Notes under the pieces: generated by a model
The model's input: only the letters and a program-made list of their open reading frames with translations
Told to the model about the DNA's origin: nothing
Database searches by the model: none
Made by a program: the position numbers and the translations under genes
Shown here: positions 13,423 through 24,669 of the stretch, piece by piece
How the letters are laid out: each line of letters begins with the position of its first letter
How positions within the stretch are numbered: position 1 is the stretch's first letter
Origin: an uncultured Gammaproteobacteria bacterium
GTDB lineage: Bacteria; Pseudomonadota; Gammaproteobacteria; CAWJPQ01
Length of the DNA: 64,000 bases
Direction of reading: 5' to 3'
Assembly: GCA_963844825.1 (NCBI GenBank)
Contig: CAWJPQ010000011.1
Coordinates: forward strand, 215,869 to 279,868

Positions 13423-14450
13423 CCCCGCATCCTCTTACGGGCGCCGCCCCGGACACTGTCCGGCACGCCACCCGTGGGATCTTGAGTCGCGCCCCCGCGC
13501 TGCGGGCGATCCTCGCCCAGGCTGGTCTCGAGTATGCGCCCCGCCAGCTCGTTGAAGCCGATGCCCGCCTGGCGGGCGGCCTTGGGCACCAGGCTGTGAT
13601 CGGTCATCCCGGGCACGGTATTGACCTCCAGCAGCCACGCGCCGCCCGACCGGTCGCACATGAAATCGACACGCCCCCAACCGCTGCAGCCGAGCACGTC
13701 AAAGGCCTTCAACGCCATGGCCTGCAGCCGCTTCTCCGCTGCCTCGTCCAGGCCGCACGGGCAGTGATAAAGGGTATCGCCGGCGTCGTACTTGGCCGTG
13801 AAGTCATAGAAGCGCCGCGGGGTCTCGATGCGGATCAGGGGCAGGACCTCGCGGCCGACTACGGCGGCCGTGTACTCGTCGCCGTCGATCCACTGCTCGG
13901 CGATGACCAGGTCGTGGTAAGCACGCGCGGCCTGCCAGGCCGCCTGCAGCTGACCAGTCTCCGTAACCTGCGTCATGCCCAGGCTCGAGCCTTCGTGGAC
14001 CGGCTTGACGACCACGGGCAGCGTCAGGGCACCCACCTGGCCGGCGAGGTCACCCTCGGCGGCCAGCTCGACAAAGGCGGGCGTCGGCAGGGCATGGGCC
14101 TGCCACAGGCGTTTGGTGCGGGACTTGTCCATGGCCAGTGCCGAACCCAGCACCCCACTGCCGGTATACGGCAGACCCAGCACCTCCAGGGCGCCCTGGA
14201 TCACGCCGTCCTCGCCGCCGCGCCCGTGCAGCATGATCACCGCCCGGTCATAGCGCCCCCGGTCGAGGACGGCCAGGATATCCGCACCCACATCGACGCC
14301 ATGGGCATCCACCCCCAGGGCGCGCAGCGCCTCGGTGACGGCGGCGCCGCTGCGCAGGGAGATGTCGCGCTCGGCGGACCACCCGCCCATCAGCACGGCC
14401 ACTTTGCCGAAGCGGCGGGGATCACCCAGCTTGTCGCGGCTTGCGCTCAT
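13419..14450 (-). CDS. ddl: D-alanine--D-alanine ligase
   Basis: The ORF-track ORF (526 aa) is over-extended. Ddl starts at MSASRDKLGDPRRFGKVAVLMGGWSAERDISL (ATG 14450) and carries a ~25-aa C-terminal extension overlapping the ftsQ start. Confidence 0.9.
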   Translation of the reverse strand: MSASRDKLGDPRRFGKVAVLMGGWSAERDISLRSGAAVTEALRALGVDAHGVDVGADILAVLDRGRYDRAVIMLHGRGGEDGVIQGALEVLGLPYTGSGVLGSALAMDKSRTKRLWQAHALPTPAFVELAAEGDLAGQVGALTLPVVVKPVHEGSSLGMTQVTETGQLQAAWQAARAYHDLVIAEQWIDGDEYTAAVVGREVLPLIRIETPRRFYDFTAKYDAGDTLYHCPCGLDEAAEKRLQAMALKAFDVLGCSGWGRVDFMCDRSGGAWLLEVNTVPGMTDHSLVPKAARQAGIGFNELAGRILETSLGEDRPQRGGATQDPTGGVPDSVRGGARKRMRG

Positions 14451-14491
14451 CTCATCATTCCTTCCGCACCCGGCGGGCGGGCGCCGGCGCC

Positions 14492-15344
14492 CTAATACCA
14501 GGCATCGCGTTCCCCCACGATCCTGACCTCGGGGCGCAGCCGCACCCCGTGCACCTCCTCCACGGTACGGGCGACCGATTCGATCAGCTGCTCGATGTCC
14601 GCGGCCGTCGCCGTCCCGGTGTTGACAATGAAATTGGCATGCTTGGTGGAAACGCAGGCGCCGCCGACGCGGGCGCCCTTCAGGCCGCAGGCCTCGATCA
14701 GCCGCCCCGCATAGTCGCCAGGGGGGTTCCTGAAGACCGAGCCGCAGCTGTGCTGCTGCACGGGCTGGGACTCGGCGCGCTTGTTCAACAGGGCCTTGAT
14801 GCGCGCCTGACTGGCGTGACCCGTCGCCGGGGTCTAGCCTCAAATGGGCGGCGACGAACCACTCGTCGGCGGGACCCGTGACCTGCCGGTAAGTCGATGT
14901 GATACTCCGCCGGGCGGCGCACACGGCGCCGCCCATGGCGGTCGACGGTCTCGACGGCCTGCACCATCTCCCAGGTCTCGCGATTGAAGGCCCCGGCATT
15001 CATGGCCAGCGCCCCGCCCATGGTCCCCGGGATGCCGGCGAGAAACTCGGCGCCGGCCAGGTCGTGGCGCGCGCAAAAGCGCGCCGCCTTGGGACAGCTC
15101 ACCCCGGACTCGATGCGCACGATCCCGTCATCGCGCACCTCCAGGTCCCCAGCGCCCCGTAGGTATTAATCACGATGCCGTCGATCCCGCCGTCGCGCAC
15201 CAGCAGGTTGCTGCCCAGCCCTATCCACAGGAGGGTCTCGTCCCGCGGGGCCTGGCGCAGCAGGCCGCACAGATCGTCGATGTCCGCGGGCGTAAAGAAC
15301 AGCCGCGCGTTGCCGCCCACCCGCCACGAGGTGTGCCGCGACAT
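14492..15344 (-). CDS. murB: UDP-N-acetylenolpyruvoylglucosamine reductase MurB (short form), split over three reading frames by two indels
   Basis: N-terminal fragment ORF 15099..15344 ([17 protein letters not shown]...GLGSNLLV), middle ORF 14785..15138 (...[17 protein letters not shown]...) and C-terminal ORF 14492..14788 (...[19 protein letters not shown]...) together form a contiguous MurB. Frameshifts lie near 15100-15138 and 14785-14790. Confidence 0.8.
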
Positions 15345-15422
15345 GGGCTCGTCTGTGCCGCAGCTCGCCGCGCAGGCCTTGCGGCGTGAACGTATGGTGG
15401 CTTTGTCGTTCCATCAGACCGA

Positions 15423-16878
15423 TCATATGTGCTTGACTTTCGTATCCGTCGTCGACAGTTGGGCGGGCAGGCGCGCGGCCGCGGCGCCGATGTCCCCCGC
15501 CCCCATGGTCAGCAAGACATCGCCGCCGTGCAGGGCGTCGCGCAGCAAGCCGGGGAGTTGCGCCGCCTCGTCCACGTGGACCGGTGTCACCTTTCCCCAG
15601 GAGCGGATGGCGTTGGTCAGGGCCAGGGCGTCCGCCCCGACCACCGGCGCCTCCCCGGCGGGATAGACATTCAACAGGAACAGCGCATCCACGGCGGACA
15701 GGGTGGCCACGAAATCATTGAACAGGTCCCGGGTCCGGGAATAGCGGTGAGGCTGGAACACCGCCACGATGCGGCGCCCCGGCCAGCCCTGGCGCACCGC
15801 CTGCACGGTCGCGCTTATCTCGCGGGGATGGTGGGCGTAGTCGTCGATCATCAGCACCTCGCCCCGCGCGGTGGCGATCTCGCCGTGCACCTGAAAGCGC
15901 CGGGCGATCCCGCTGAATCCGGCCAGGGCGCGGCGTACCGCCGCATCGGCGACCCCCACCTCGTAGGCGACGGCCATCGCGGCCAGGGCGTTCAGGACAT
16001 TGTGATGGCCCGCCAGGTTGAGGCTCACCTCCAGCGGCTGATCGGACCCGGGGCGGCTGACCTTGAAGCGGGTCAGCGCCTTGTCCTGCACGATGTCGAA
16101 GCCGCGCACGTCCGCATGCTCGTCCAGGCCGTAGGTCAGCACGGGCTTGGAGATCAGGGGCAGGATATTGCGCACCACCGGGTCGTCCAGACATACCACC
16201 GCCAGGCCGTAGAACGGCAGGTGATGGAGGAATTCCACAAAGGTATCCCGCAGGCGGTCGACATCCCCCCCGTAGGTGGCCATGTGATCGGCGTCGATAT
16301 TGGTCACCACCGCCATCATCGGCTGCAGGTGAAGGAAGGAGGCATCGCTCTCATCGGCCTCGGCGACCAGGTACTTGCCGGTGCCCAGGCGGGCATTGCT
16401 GCCCGCGCTGTTGAGCTGCCCGCCGATCACGAAGGTGGGGTCGAGTCCCCTCCTCGGCGAGCAGGCTGGCGATCAGGCTGGTGGTGGTGGTCTTGCCGTG
16501 GGTGCCGGCCACCGCGATGCCGTGCCTGAAGCGCATCAGCTCGGCGAGCATCTCGGCGCGCGGCACCACCGGGATGCGCCGGCGCCGGGCGGCCGCAATC
16601 TCGGGGTTGTTGTGATCCACAGCGGTGGAGCGCACCACCACATCGCAACCTTCCACGTTACGCATGTCGTGGCCGATGGCGATGGGCACGCCCAATCGGC
16701 TCAGGCGGCGCGTCACGGCGTTTTCCTGGATATCCGAGCCGGTCACCACATAGCCCAGATTGGCCAGGACCTCGGCGATGCCGCCCATGCCGGCGCCGCC
16801 GATGCCGACGAAGTGAATGCGGTCGATGCGCCGGCGCGGCAGCCCCCAGGTGGATTGATTATTACGGTCATGGGACAT
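15423..16878 (-). CDS. murC: UDP-N-acetylmuramate--L-alanine ligase MurC, interrupted by a +1 indel near 16431-16445
   Basis: N-terminal part [38 protein letters not shown]...[20 protein letters not shown] (ATG 16878, GAGGA SD) is followed in another frame by [21 protein letters not shown]... (ORF 15423..16430). The shift sits at GAGGAGGGGACTCGACC. Confidence 0.88.
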
Positions 16879-16933
16879 GGGCAAATCCTCATTATCCGGC
16901 AACATGCCGAGTCTCTGGACCCTGGCGCCGACA

Positions 16934-18021
16934 CTAGCCATGGGCCGCCTCCATGCACAGTGATGCAATGCGCTCGGCGGCATCCGGCCTGGCCAGGCCA
17001 TTGGCCGAACAGGCCATATCGATCAGGCGCCGGCGCTGATCGGCGGCGGCGAAGCGCTCGAGCAGCTCCCCGAGGTAGCGGGGCGTCAGCGCCTGCTGCG
17101 ACACCACCAGCGCCGCGCCCGCCTCCACCAGGTGGGCGGCATTGCGGGTCTGATGATCATCCACGGCATGGGGATAGGGCACCAGGATGGCGCCGACCCC
17201 CGCGGCCGCCAGCTCCGCCACGGTCAGCGCCCCCGCCCGGCTGATCACCATGTCGGCCCAGGCGTAGGCCTGCGCCATGTCATCGATGAACGGCTCGATG
17301 CGCCATGCCTCGACCCCGGCCTGGGCGTAACACCGGCGGGTGAATTCCAGATGCCTTTCCCCGGTTTGATGCCAGACCTGGGGGCGGGTTTGGGGGGAAC
17401 CCCGGCCAGGGCCCGGGGCACCACCTCATTCAACGCGCGGGCGCCCAGGCTGCCGCCGATGACCAGCACGCGCAGCGCCCCCTCGCGCCCCGCCATGCGT
17501 TGCCGGGGCGGCTCAAGGGCCGTCAGTGCCGCGCGCACGGGATTGCCCACCACCTGGGCCCCGAACCGGTCGGGGAAGGTCCCCGGGAACGCGGTGAGGA
17601 CACGGGTCGCCAGGCGGGCCAGGAACCGGTTGGTCATGCCCGCCACGGCGTTTTGCTCGTGGACCAGCAGGGGAATGCGCAGCAGCCAGGTGGCGAGGCC
17701 GCCGGGGCCCGCGGCATACCCGCCCATGCCGAGGACCACCATGGGGCGGCGCCGGGCCATGACCGTGACCGCCTGGACCAGCGCCAGGGCGAGCTTGAAC
17801 GGGGCGGTCAGCCAACTGCCAAGGCCCTTGCCGCGCAGCCCGGCCACCGTCAGCCACTCGATGTCCAGCCCCTCCCGGGGCACGACCCGGGCCTCCAGGC
17901 CGCGACGCGTGCCCAGCCATACGATCTGCGCGCCCCGCTCCCGCAGCACCCGGGCCACCGCCAGGGCGGGGAATACGTGCCCGCCGGTGCCGCCCGCCAT
18001 GATCATGATGCGCATCACCAT
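16934..18021 (-). CDS. murG: UDP-GlcNAc:undecaprenyl-PP-MurNAc-pentapeptide GlcNAc transferase MurG, interrupted by indel(s) near 17280-17410
   Basis: N-terminal ORF 17245..18021 ([21 protein letters not shown]...) and C-terminal ORF 16934..17278 ([25 protein letters not shown]...) are in different frames. A G6 homopolymer (TGGGGGGAAC) lies at the junction. Confidence 0.88.
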
Positions 18022-19184
18022 GCCTTGACCCCCTTGAGGCTGGAGGCACCGCTCATGCGCGTCTCATGCTGCACCCGCAGCAACAGGGCAATGGCGATAC
18101 AGGTGGTGACGATACTGCTCCCGCCGTAGCTCATCAGCGGCAGGGTCAATCCCTTGGTGGGCAGCACCCCCATATTCACCCCGATATTGATGATCACCTG
18201 CAGCCCGATCCACATGGCCACCCCGTAGGCGATGTAGGCGGCGAACCACTTGCCGCACCGGCCGGCCGCATCGGCGATGACAAAGGCCCGCCATATCATG
18301 AATCCGAACAGCACGATCACCGCCACCACACCGGCCAGGCCCAGCTCTTCACCCAGCACGGCGACGAGAAAGTCCGTATAGGCCTCCGGCAGGTAGAACA
18401 GCTTCTGGACGCTCGCGCCGAGCCCCACCCCGAACCACTCGCCGCGGCCGAAGGCGATCAGGGCCTGGGTCAGTTGAAAACCGCTGGCAAACGGGTCGGA
18501 CCAGGGATTGAGAAACACGGTCAGGCGCTGGAACCGGTAAGGCGACAGCACGGCCACGGCGGCGAGACACGCCACCACCACCAGCAGGGCCAAGGCGAAG
18601 TGCCGCCACTTGACCCCGCCGAGAAACATCATGCCCAGGGCGGTGGTCAGGATAACGGCGGTCGCGCCGAAATCGGGCTCCAGCAGCAGCAGCAGGCTGA
18701 TCAGGCCCAGGATCACGATGGGCTCCAGGAGCCCCTTGGCGGTGATCTCGGTCCCGACCCGGCGGGCCAGATAGGCGCCGAGATAGAGCACCACGATCAG
18801 CTTCACCGGTTCCGAGACCTGCAATCGCACCACGCCCAGGGGCAGCCACCGGACACTGCCGTTGACCTCCCGGCCGACCCCCGGCAACAGGACGGCCACC
18901 AGGAGCACGATGCCGGCCACCAGCCACATGGTATTGGTCCGCTGCCAGAAACTGATGGGGATGCGCGTCACCGCCCCGGCCAGGGCAAGGCCGATGATGA
19001 TATAGGCGAACTGGCGGTAGAGGAAATAAAACGGCTGGCCGTGCTGGTGCTCGGCGACACTGATCGAGGCCGACCCGACCATGACCAGGCCCAGGGCGAG
19101 CAGCGCCAGCGCCGTCCCCAGCAGCGGCAGATCGATGCCGGCATAGATCGGCACGGTCCGCGCGGCACCGTTAGTCGCCATCAT
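18015..19184 (-). CDS. ftsW: peptidoglycan glycosyltransferase / lipid II flippase FtsW (SEDS family)
   Basis: 389 aa, ~10 TM helices, SEDS motifs. Sits between murD and murG. Confidence 0.93.
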   Translation of the reverse strand: MMATNGAARTVPIYAGIDLPLLGTALALLALGLVMVGSASISVAEHQHGQPFYFLYRQFAYIIIGLALAGAVTRIPISFWQRTNTMWLVAGIVLLVAVLLPGVGREVNGSVRWLPLGVVRLQVSEPVKLIVVLYLGAYLARRVGTEITAKGLLEPIVILGLISLLLLLEPDFGATAVILTTALGMMFLGGVKWRHFALALLVVVACLAAVAVLSPYRFQRLTVFLNPWSDPFASGFQLTQALIAFGRGEWFGVGLGASVQKLFYLPEAYTDFLVAVLGEELGLAGVVAVIVLFGFMIWRAFVIADAAGRCGKWFAAYIAYGVAMWIGLQVIINIGVNMGVLPTKGLTLPLMSYGGSSIVTTCIAIALLLRVQHETRMSGASSLKGVKAW

Positions 19185-20610
19185 GCACCTCCCGTTCGAC
19201 GGCCTCGATAAAGGCGTTCCCGCGGGCCTCGTAGTTGTCGAACATGTCGAGACTGGCGCAGGCGGGTGACAACAGGACGGCGTCTCCGCGCCGGGCCAGT
19301 CCCCCGGCCCGGGCCACGGCGCCGGTCATATCGGCGACCATCGCCACGGGCACCAGGTCCTCGATGGAGGCCTTGATCAAGGGGGCGTCCTGACCCAGCA
19401 GCACCGCGGCCCGCACCCGCTCCTCGACCACCGGGCGCAGGGCGCGGAAGTCGGCGCCCTTGCCGACACCGCCGGCGATCAGCACCACCTTGCCCGGGAT
19501 ATCCAGTCCCGCCACGGCCGCGGCCGCGGCGCCCACATTGGTGGCCTTGGAGTCATTGATCCACTGCACGCCGGCGGCCTCGGCCACCACCTGCATGCGG
19601 TGAGCCAGGCCGCGAAAGGCCTGAAGGGCGGCCACGCTGGCTGCCGCCGGCAGGCCCATGGCCTCGCCCAGGGCGAGCGCCGCCAGGGCGTTGGCCATAT
19701 TGTGAGTCCCCGCCAGGGGCAGCCGCGCCGCCGCCATCAACGGCCGGTCGCCCTTGGCGAGCCAGGGCGCGCCGTCCAGCTCGACAACCCCGTAGCCCCC
19801 GCGGCGGGGCGCGCCCAGGGTAAACGCCAGGGTCACCCGGTCGGGCTCGGCCAGGCCGCGCACCAGCGGGTCATCGTCGTTGACCACCATGGCGCCGTCG
19901 CCGCGGTAGATGCGGCGCTTGGCCGTCAGGTACTCGTCCATGTCCAGGTGACGATCGAAGTGATCGGCGCTGACATTGAGGATCACTGCGGCGGCCGGGC
20001 GCAGGCGGTGGGTGGTTTGAAGCTGAAAGCTCGACAGCTCCAGGACATAGAAATCGGGCTCGCCCTCATCGAGCAGGTCCAGGGCCGGCGTGCCCAGGTT
20101 GCCGCCGACGCGCACGTCCCTGCCGGCCGCCCGCGCCATCTCGGCCACCATGGTGGTCACCGTGCTCTTGCCGTTGGAGCCGGTAATCGCGATCACCGGC
20201 GCACGGGCCGCGCGGGCGAACAGATCGATATCGCCGACCACCGGCACCCCGCGCTCAATGGCCGCCACCACCGCCGGTTCGTGCAGCGAAACCCCGGGAC
20301 TGAGGATGATTTCATCGGCGTCCACGAACAGGTCCGCATCGAAGTCCCCCAGCACCGGCGTGACCTCGGGCAGTTCGCGCCGCAGCGCCTCCAGGCCCGG
20401 CGGCGACGGGCGGCTGTCCACCAGGCGGAAGGGGACGCCCCGGGCCGCCAGGTAGCGGGCGCAGGACAGCCCCGTCTTGCCCAGGCCCACGATCAGCATG
20501 GGCCGGTCCCCGCGGGGCTCCTCGCCCCCGGCCCGGACACCGGCAGCGGGCCCGGGGCTCGGGGCGGCCGGGGCAGGTGACGGTTTGGCATGGTGTCCTT
20601 GATCTCTCAT
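19171..20610 (-). CDS. murD: UDP-N-acetylmuramoylalanine--D-glutamate ligase MurD
   Basis: Mur ligase motifs ([12 protein letters not shown]). The longest ORF starts at 20610 with a ~35-aa Pro/Ala-rich extension. The conserved core begins at [10 protein letters not shown] (20499), so the start is uncertain. Confidence 0.88.
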   Translation of the reverse strand: MRDQGHHAKPSPAPAAPSPGPAAGVRAGGEEPRGDRPMLIVGLGKTGLSCARYLAARGVPFRLVDSRPSPPGLEALRRELPEVTPVLGDFDADLFVDADEIILSPGVSLHEPAVVAAIERGVPVVGDIDLFARAARAPVIAITGSNGKSTVTTMVAEMARAAGRDVRVGGNLGTPALDLLDEGEPDFYVLELSSFQLQTTHRLRPAAAVILNVSADHFDRHLDMDEYLTAKRRIYRGDGAMVVNDDDPLVRGLAEPDRVTLAFTLGAPRRGGYGVVELDGAPWLAKGDRPLMAAARLPLAGTHNMANALAALALGEAMGLPAAASVAALQAFRGLAHRMQVVAEAAGVQWINDSKATNVGAAAAAVAGLDIPGKVVLIAGGVGKGADFRALRPVVEERVRAAVLLGQDAPLIKASIEDLVPVAMVADMTGAVARAGGLARRGDAVLLSPACASLDMFDNYEARGNAFIEAVEREVHDGD

Positions 20611-20703
20611 CTGATCTTCAGCGTCGCCAGTCCGATCAACACCAGGATCACGGTGATGATCCAGAACCGCACGATGACCCGGGGCTCGGGCCAGCCCTTC
20701 AAT

Positions 20704-21692
20704 TCAAAGTGGTGGTGCAGCGGCGCCATGCGGAAGATCCGCCGGCCGGTGAGCTTGTAGGAGAGCACCTGCAGGATCACCGACACGGTCTCCATCACGA
20801 ACACCCCGCCCATGACCAACAGCACCAGCTCCTGGCGCACCACCACGGCCACGATCGCCCAGGGCGGCGCCCAGCGACAGGGCGCCGATATCGCCCATGA
20901 AGACCTGCGCCGGGTAGGTGTTGAACCACAGAAAGCCCAGGCCCGCCCCGACCATGGCGCCGCAAAAGATCACCAACTCCCCGACGCCGGGGACGTAGGG
21001 GATGCCCAGGTAATTGGCGAAGCGGGTGTTGCCCGTCACATAGGCGATGATGCCCAGCCCGCCGGCCACCAATACCGCCGGGACGATGGCCAGGCCGTCC
21101 AGCCCGTCGGTCAGGTTCACGGCGTTGCTGGAACCGACGATCACGAAGTAGCTCACCAGGACATAGACCCAGCCCAGGTCGATGGCCACATTCTTGAAAA
21201 AGGGCAGGATCAACTGGGTCTCAATGGGCACGTGGGCGGTGTTGTAAAGGAACAAGGCGGTGCCGAGGGCCACAATCGACTGGAGCGCGAACTTGCCCCG
21301 GGCGGACAGGCCCTTGGAACTGCGCAGCACCAGCTTCTTGTAGTCATCGATGAAACCGATGCCGCCGAACAGCAGGGTCACCACCAGGGCCACCCACACA
21401 TAACGGTTCCCCAGATCGGACCACAACAGGGTGCTGACGGCCAGGCCCACCAGGATCAGGGAACCGCCCATGGTCGGCGTGCCCGCCTTGCTGAGGTGAT
21501 TCTCGGGGCCCGTCGGGCCGGATATTCTGGGCGATGTGCAGTCTTGCTCAGGTGACGGATAAAGAACGGACCGATCACGAACGAGATGGCCAGGGTGGTG
21601 AGCACGCCGAGGATGGCGCGGAACGTCAGATACTGGAAGACGTTGAAGCCCCGGTCGAACTTGGTCAAATACTCGGTCAGATACAGCAGCAT
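20704..21692 (-). CDS. mraY: phospho-N-acetylmuramoyl-pentapeptide transferase MraY, interrupted by at least two indels near 21456-21560
   Basis: N-terminus [31 protein letters not shown]...HLSK (ATG 21692, 6 nt after the murF stop) then falls out of frame. The rest, ...[23 protein letters not shown]... through the C-terminus, is in ORF 20704..21471. Confidence 0.85.
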
Positions 21693-21697
21693 GCGTG

Positions 21698-23122
21698 TTA
21701 CCCCTGAGCCCGCTCGACGGCGGCGCAATGCTTGACGTCGGCGGGCGCCGCGCCGCCCGCCTGCGGTGCCGGGCCCTGCAGGGCCTCGACCACCGCCTCC
21801 ATGCCCATGCCCCGGGAGCCCTTGATGAGTACGCTGGCCCCGCCGGCCATGGCCGGCAACGCCTCGGTCAGCGCCGCGATCAAGGCCCCGCGATCGGCGA
21901 AGTGCCGCCCGCCCCGGCCGAAGGCCCTGACCGTATGGCGGCACTGATCGCCGACGGCGTACAGCCGGCTCACCCCCGCGGCCTTGATCCGGCGCCCCGC
22001 CTCTTCATGGAGCGCGGCCGCCGCACCGCCCAGTTCGTACATATCGCCGAGCACCACCAACTTCTCGCCGGGCATGTCGGCCAGGGCCTCCAGGGCGGCC
22101 TGCAGTGAAGAGGGGTTGGCGTTATAGCTGTCATCGATGAGGCGCGCGCCGTTCATGCCGGGCTTGATGCACAGACGGCCGTACACCGGCGTCACGGACG
22201 CCAGGCCCCCGGCGATGTCCTCCAGCGTGGCGCCCACCGCCAGGGAGACCGCGGCCGCCGCCAGGGCATTGCGCACGTTGTGAAGACCGGCGAGCCCGAG
22301 AGTGACGGTACGGCTGTCCGCGCCCGCGTGCAGCTCAAAGGTCGTGCCCTCGGCGCTGTGGCGCACCTGCCCGGCGCTCACCTCGGCGTCCCGCTCGATA
22401 CCGAAGGAGAGGCACTTGCGCCCGTCCGCCAGCTCCCGCCACAGGGGGTAATAGGCATCATCGGCGTTGATCACCGCCATGCCGGAGGGCTCGAGGCCGG
22501 CGAACAGCTCCCCCTTGGCCCGCGCCACCCCCTCGAGACTGCCGAATCCCTCCAGGTGTGCGGGACCGGCGTTGGTCACCACCGCCACGGTGGGCCGCGC
22601 CACGGCACACAGCCCGGCGATCTCACCGGCGTGATTGGCGCCCATCTCGATGACGCCGTACTGATGCTCGGGGCTCAGGCGCAACAGGGTCAGCGGCATC
22701 CCGATGTCGTTGTTCTTGTTGCCCTCGGTGGCCAGCACCTGGCCGCGCCGGCGCAGGATCGCGGCGGTCATCTCCTTGACCGTGGTCTTGCCGTTGCTGC
22801 CGGTCACCGCGATGACCGGGATGGAAAAGCGCCCCCGCCAGTACCCGGCCAGCTGGGCCAGCCCCCGGCGGCTGTCATGCACCTGCACCAGCGGCAGATC
22901 GGTCTGCACCGGCTCGCTCACCATGGCGGCGGCGGCGCCCTTGTCCCGGGCCTGACCCACAAAGCCGTGGCCGTCGTGATGCTGCCCCTGGAGGGCGACG
23001 AACAGTTCGCCTTTGTGCAGGCATCGTGTATCAATGCCGACGCCGTTCACCGGCGCCTCGCCCCCCAAGTGGCGGCCGTTCACGGCCCGGGCGATCTCGC
23101 TCAAAGGCAGCCGCAGGCTCAT
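21698..23122 (-). CDS. murF: UDP-MurNAc-tripeptide--D-alanyl-D-alanine ligase MurF
   Basis: 474 aa Mur ligase (VTGSNGKTT). Canonical position. Confidence 0.93.
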   Translation of the reverse strand: MSLRLPLSEIARAVNGRHLGGEAPVNGVGIDTRCLHKGELFVALQGQHHDGHGFVGQARDKGAAAAMVSEPVQTDLPLVQVHDSRRGLAQLAGYWRGRFSIPVIAVTGSNGKTTVKEMTAAILRRRGQVLATEGNKNNDIGMPLTLLRLSPEHQYGVIEMGANHAGEIAGLCAVARPTVAVVTNAGPAHLEGFGSLEGVARAKGELFAGLEPSGMAVINADDAYYPLWRELADGRKCLSFGIERDAEVSAGQVRHSAEGTTFELHAGADSRTVTLGLAGLHNVRNALAAAAVSLAVGATLEDIAGGLASVTPVYGRLCIKPGMNGARLIDDSYNANPSSLQAALEALADMPGEKLVVLGDMYELGGAAAALHEEAGRRIKAAGVSRLYAVGDQCRHTVRAFGRGGRHFADRGALIAALTEALPAMAGGASVLIKGSRGMGMEAVVEALQGPAPQAGGAAPADVKHCAAVERAQG

Positions 23123-24669
23123 AACGCCTCCCCGAGCGTGTCGCTCACCACCCGGCGGTCGCTGAAGGGGCGCCGTTGACTCCCCACCAGCTGGTATTCC
23201 TCATGGCCCTTGCCCGCCACCAGTACCACGTCCTCTTCCCCGGCGCGGTCGATGGCGTGGGCGATGGCCGCGGCACGATCATGGATCACCACGGCCTCGG
23301 CCGGGTCGCGCATCCCGGCCTGGATCTGCTGAATGATGGCGGCACCGTGTTCACCCCGGGGATTATCATCGGTGAGCACCACCCGATCCGCGAACCGCAC
23401 CGCAACGCCCCCCATCTGGGGACGTTTGCCGGGGTCGCGATCGCCCCCGCAGCCGAAGACGCACCACAGCTTGCCCGCCGTATGGCCGCGCAACGCCGTC
23501 AGCGCCTGCTCCAGGGCATCCGGCGTATGGGCGTAATCCACCACCGCCAGGGGGCGCCCGCCGCGGCCGCCGAAGCGCTCCATGCGCCCGGGCACGGTCC
23601 GCACGCCGGCCAGGCGGTTCAAGGCCTCGTCCACCGACACGCCCATGGCCAGCAGCACCGACACGACCCCCAACAGGTTGGCGGCATTGAACCGCCCCAT
23701 GAGCGGGGAGCGCAGCCGGCCCTCGCCCCAGGGGGTCCGAACCGACATCTCCAGGCCCGCCCGATCGAGCCGCAGGTCCTCGCCGCGGACCACCGCCGCG
23801 CCGTAGTGGGCGCCCGCCCGGGCCGCCTGTCCCCCTTCCAGGCCGTAGACCACGGCCTGGACACCGGCGGGCAGGCGCTCCAGGAGTTCCCGGCCGAAGG
23901 CGTCGTCAGCGTTGATGACCGCGTGGCCCAGGCCCGGCGTGGCGAACAGGCGCGCCTTGGCCGCGGCGTAATCCTGCATGTCGGCGTGGTAGTCCAGGTG
24001 ATCGCGGGTCAAGTTGGTGAACAGGGCCACGTCGAACGACACGCCGGTGAGGCGCCCCTGGGCAAGGCCGTGGGAAGACGCCTCCAGTACCACGTGACGG
24101 GCGCCGCCCCCGCGCAGATCGGCCAGGGCCGCCTGCAGGGTCAGGGCGTCCGGGGTAGTAAGTCCGGCGGGCGCCAGGGCGCCGTAGGGCCCATACCCCA
24201 GGGTGCCGATCACCCCGCATGGGGGGCCGTCCTGGCTCAGGGCCTGGGCAAGGTAGTGGGAACAGGAGGTCTTGCCGTTGGTCCCCGTCACCCCCACGGC
24301 GAACAGGTCCCGGCTGGGATGCTCGTGGAAACGCGCGGCGATCTCTCCGACCCGCGCGGCCAAATTCGTCACGCCCACCAGGGCGACGCCCCGGTGCGCG
24401 GCCAACGGCCGGCACCGGCTCAATGCCTCCCGGGGCAGGGCGCTGTCGTACAGGGCGGCCACCGCCCCATTGCCGATGGCATCGGCGATATATTCGTGTC
24501 CCTGGGCGCGCCGGCCCGGGCACGCCAGGAACAGGTCGCCGGGGCGCACGGCGCGGCTGTCCACGCCCAGCCCGGTCACGGGCCTGTCGTCGGCCGCCGC
24601 CGGGGCGACCATCCCGGCCAATAGTGCCCCCAGGGAGCGGGACGGCTGTATCACGTCGGCGGCCATCAT
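23119..24669 (-). CDS. murE: UDP-MurNAc-L-Ala-D-Glu--2,6-diaminopimelate ligase MurE
   Basis: Mur ligase. Start placed at the ATG (24669) overlapping the ftsI TGA stop in ATGA. The ORF-track start at 24711 is 14 codons longer. Confidence 0.9.
   Translation of the reverse strand: MMAADVIQPSRSLGALLAGMVAPAAADDRPVTGLGVDSRAVRPGDLFLACPGRRAQGHEYIADAIGNGAVAALYDSALPREALSRCRPLAAHRGVALVGVTNLAARVGEIAARFHEHPSRDLFAVGVTGTNGKTSCSHYLAQALSQDGPPCGVIGTLGYGPYGALAPAGLTTPDALTLQAALADLRGGGARHVVLEASSHGLAQGRLTGVSFDVALFTNLTRDHLDYHADMQDYAAAKARLFATPGLGHAVINADDAFGRELLERLPAGVQAVVYGLEGGQAARAGAHYGAAVVRGEDLRLDRAGLEMSVRTPWGEGRLRSPLMGRFNAANLLGVVSVLLAMGVSVDEALNRLAGVRTVPGRMERFGGRGGRPLAVVDYAHTPDALEQALTALRGHTAGKLWCVFGCGGDRDPGKRPQMGGVAVRFADRVVLTDDNPRGEHGAAIIQQIQAGMRDPAEAVVIHDRAAAIAHAIDRAGEEDVVLVAGKGHEEYQLVGSQRRPFSDRRVVSDTLGEAL

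Noticed and set aside
11449-13485. 678-aa plus-strand ORF
   Set aside because: Antisense to ftsA and ftsQ, which are unambiguous.
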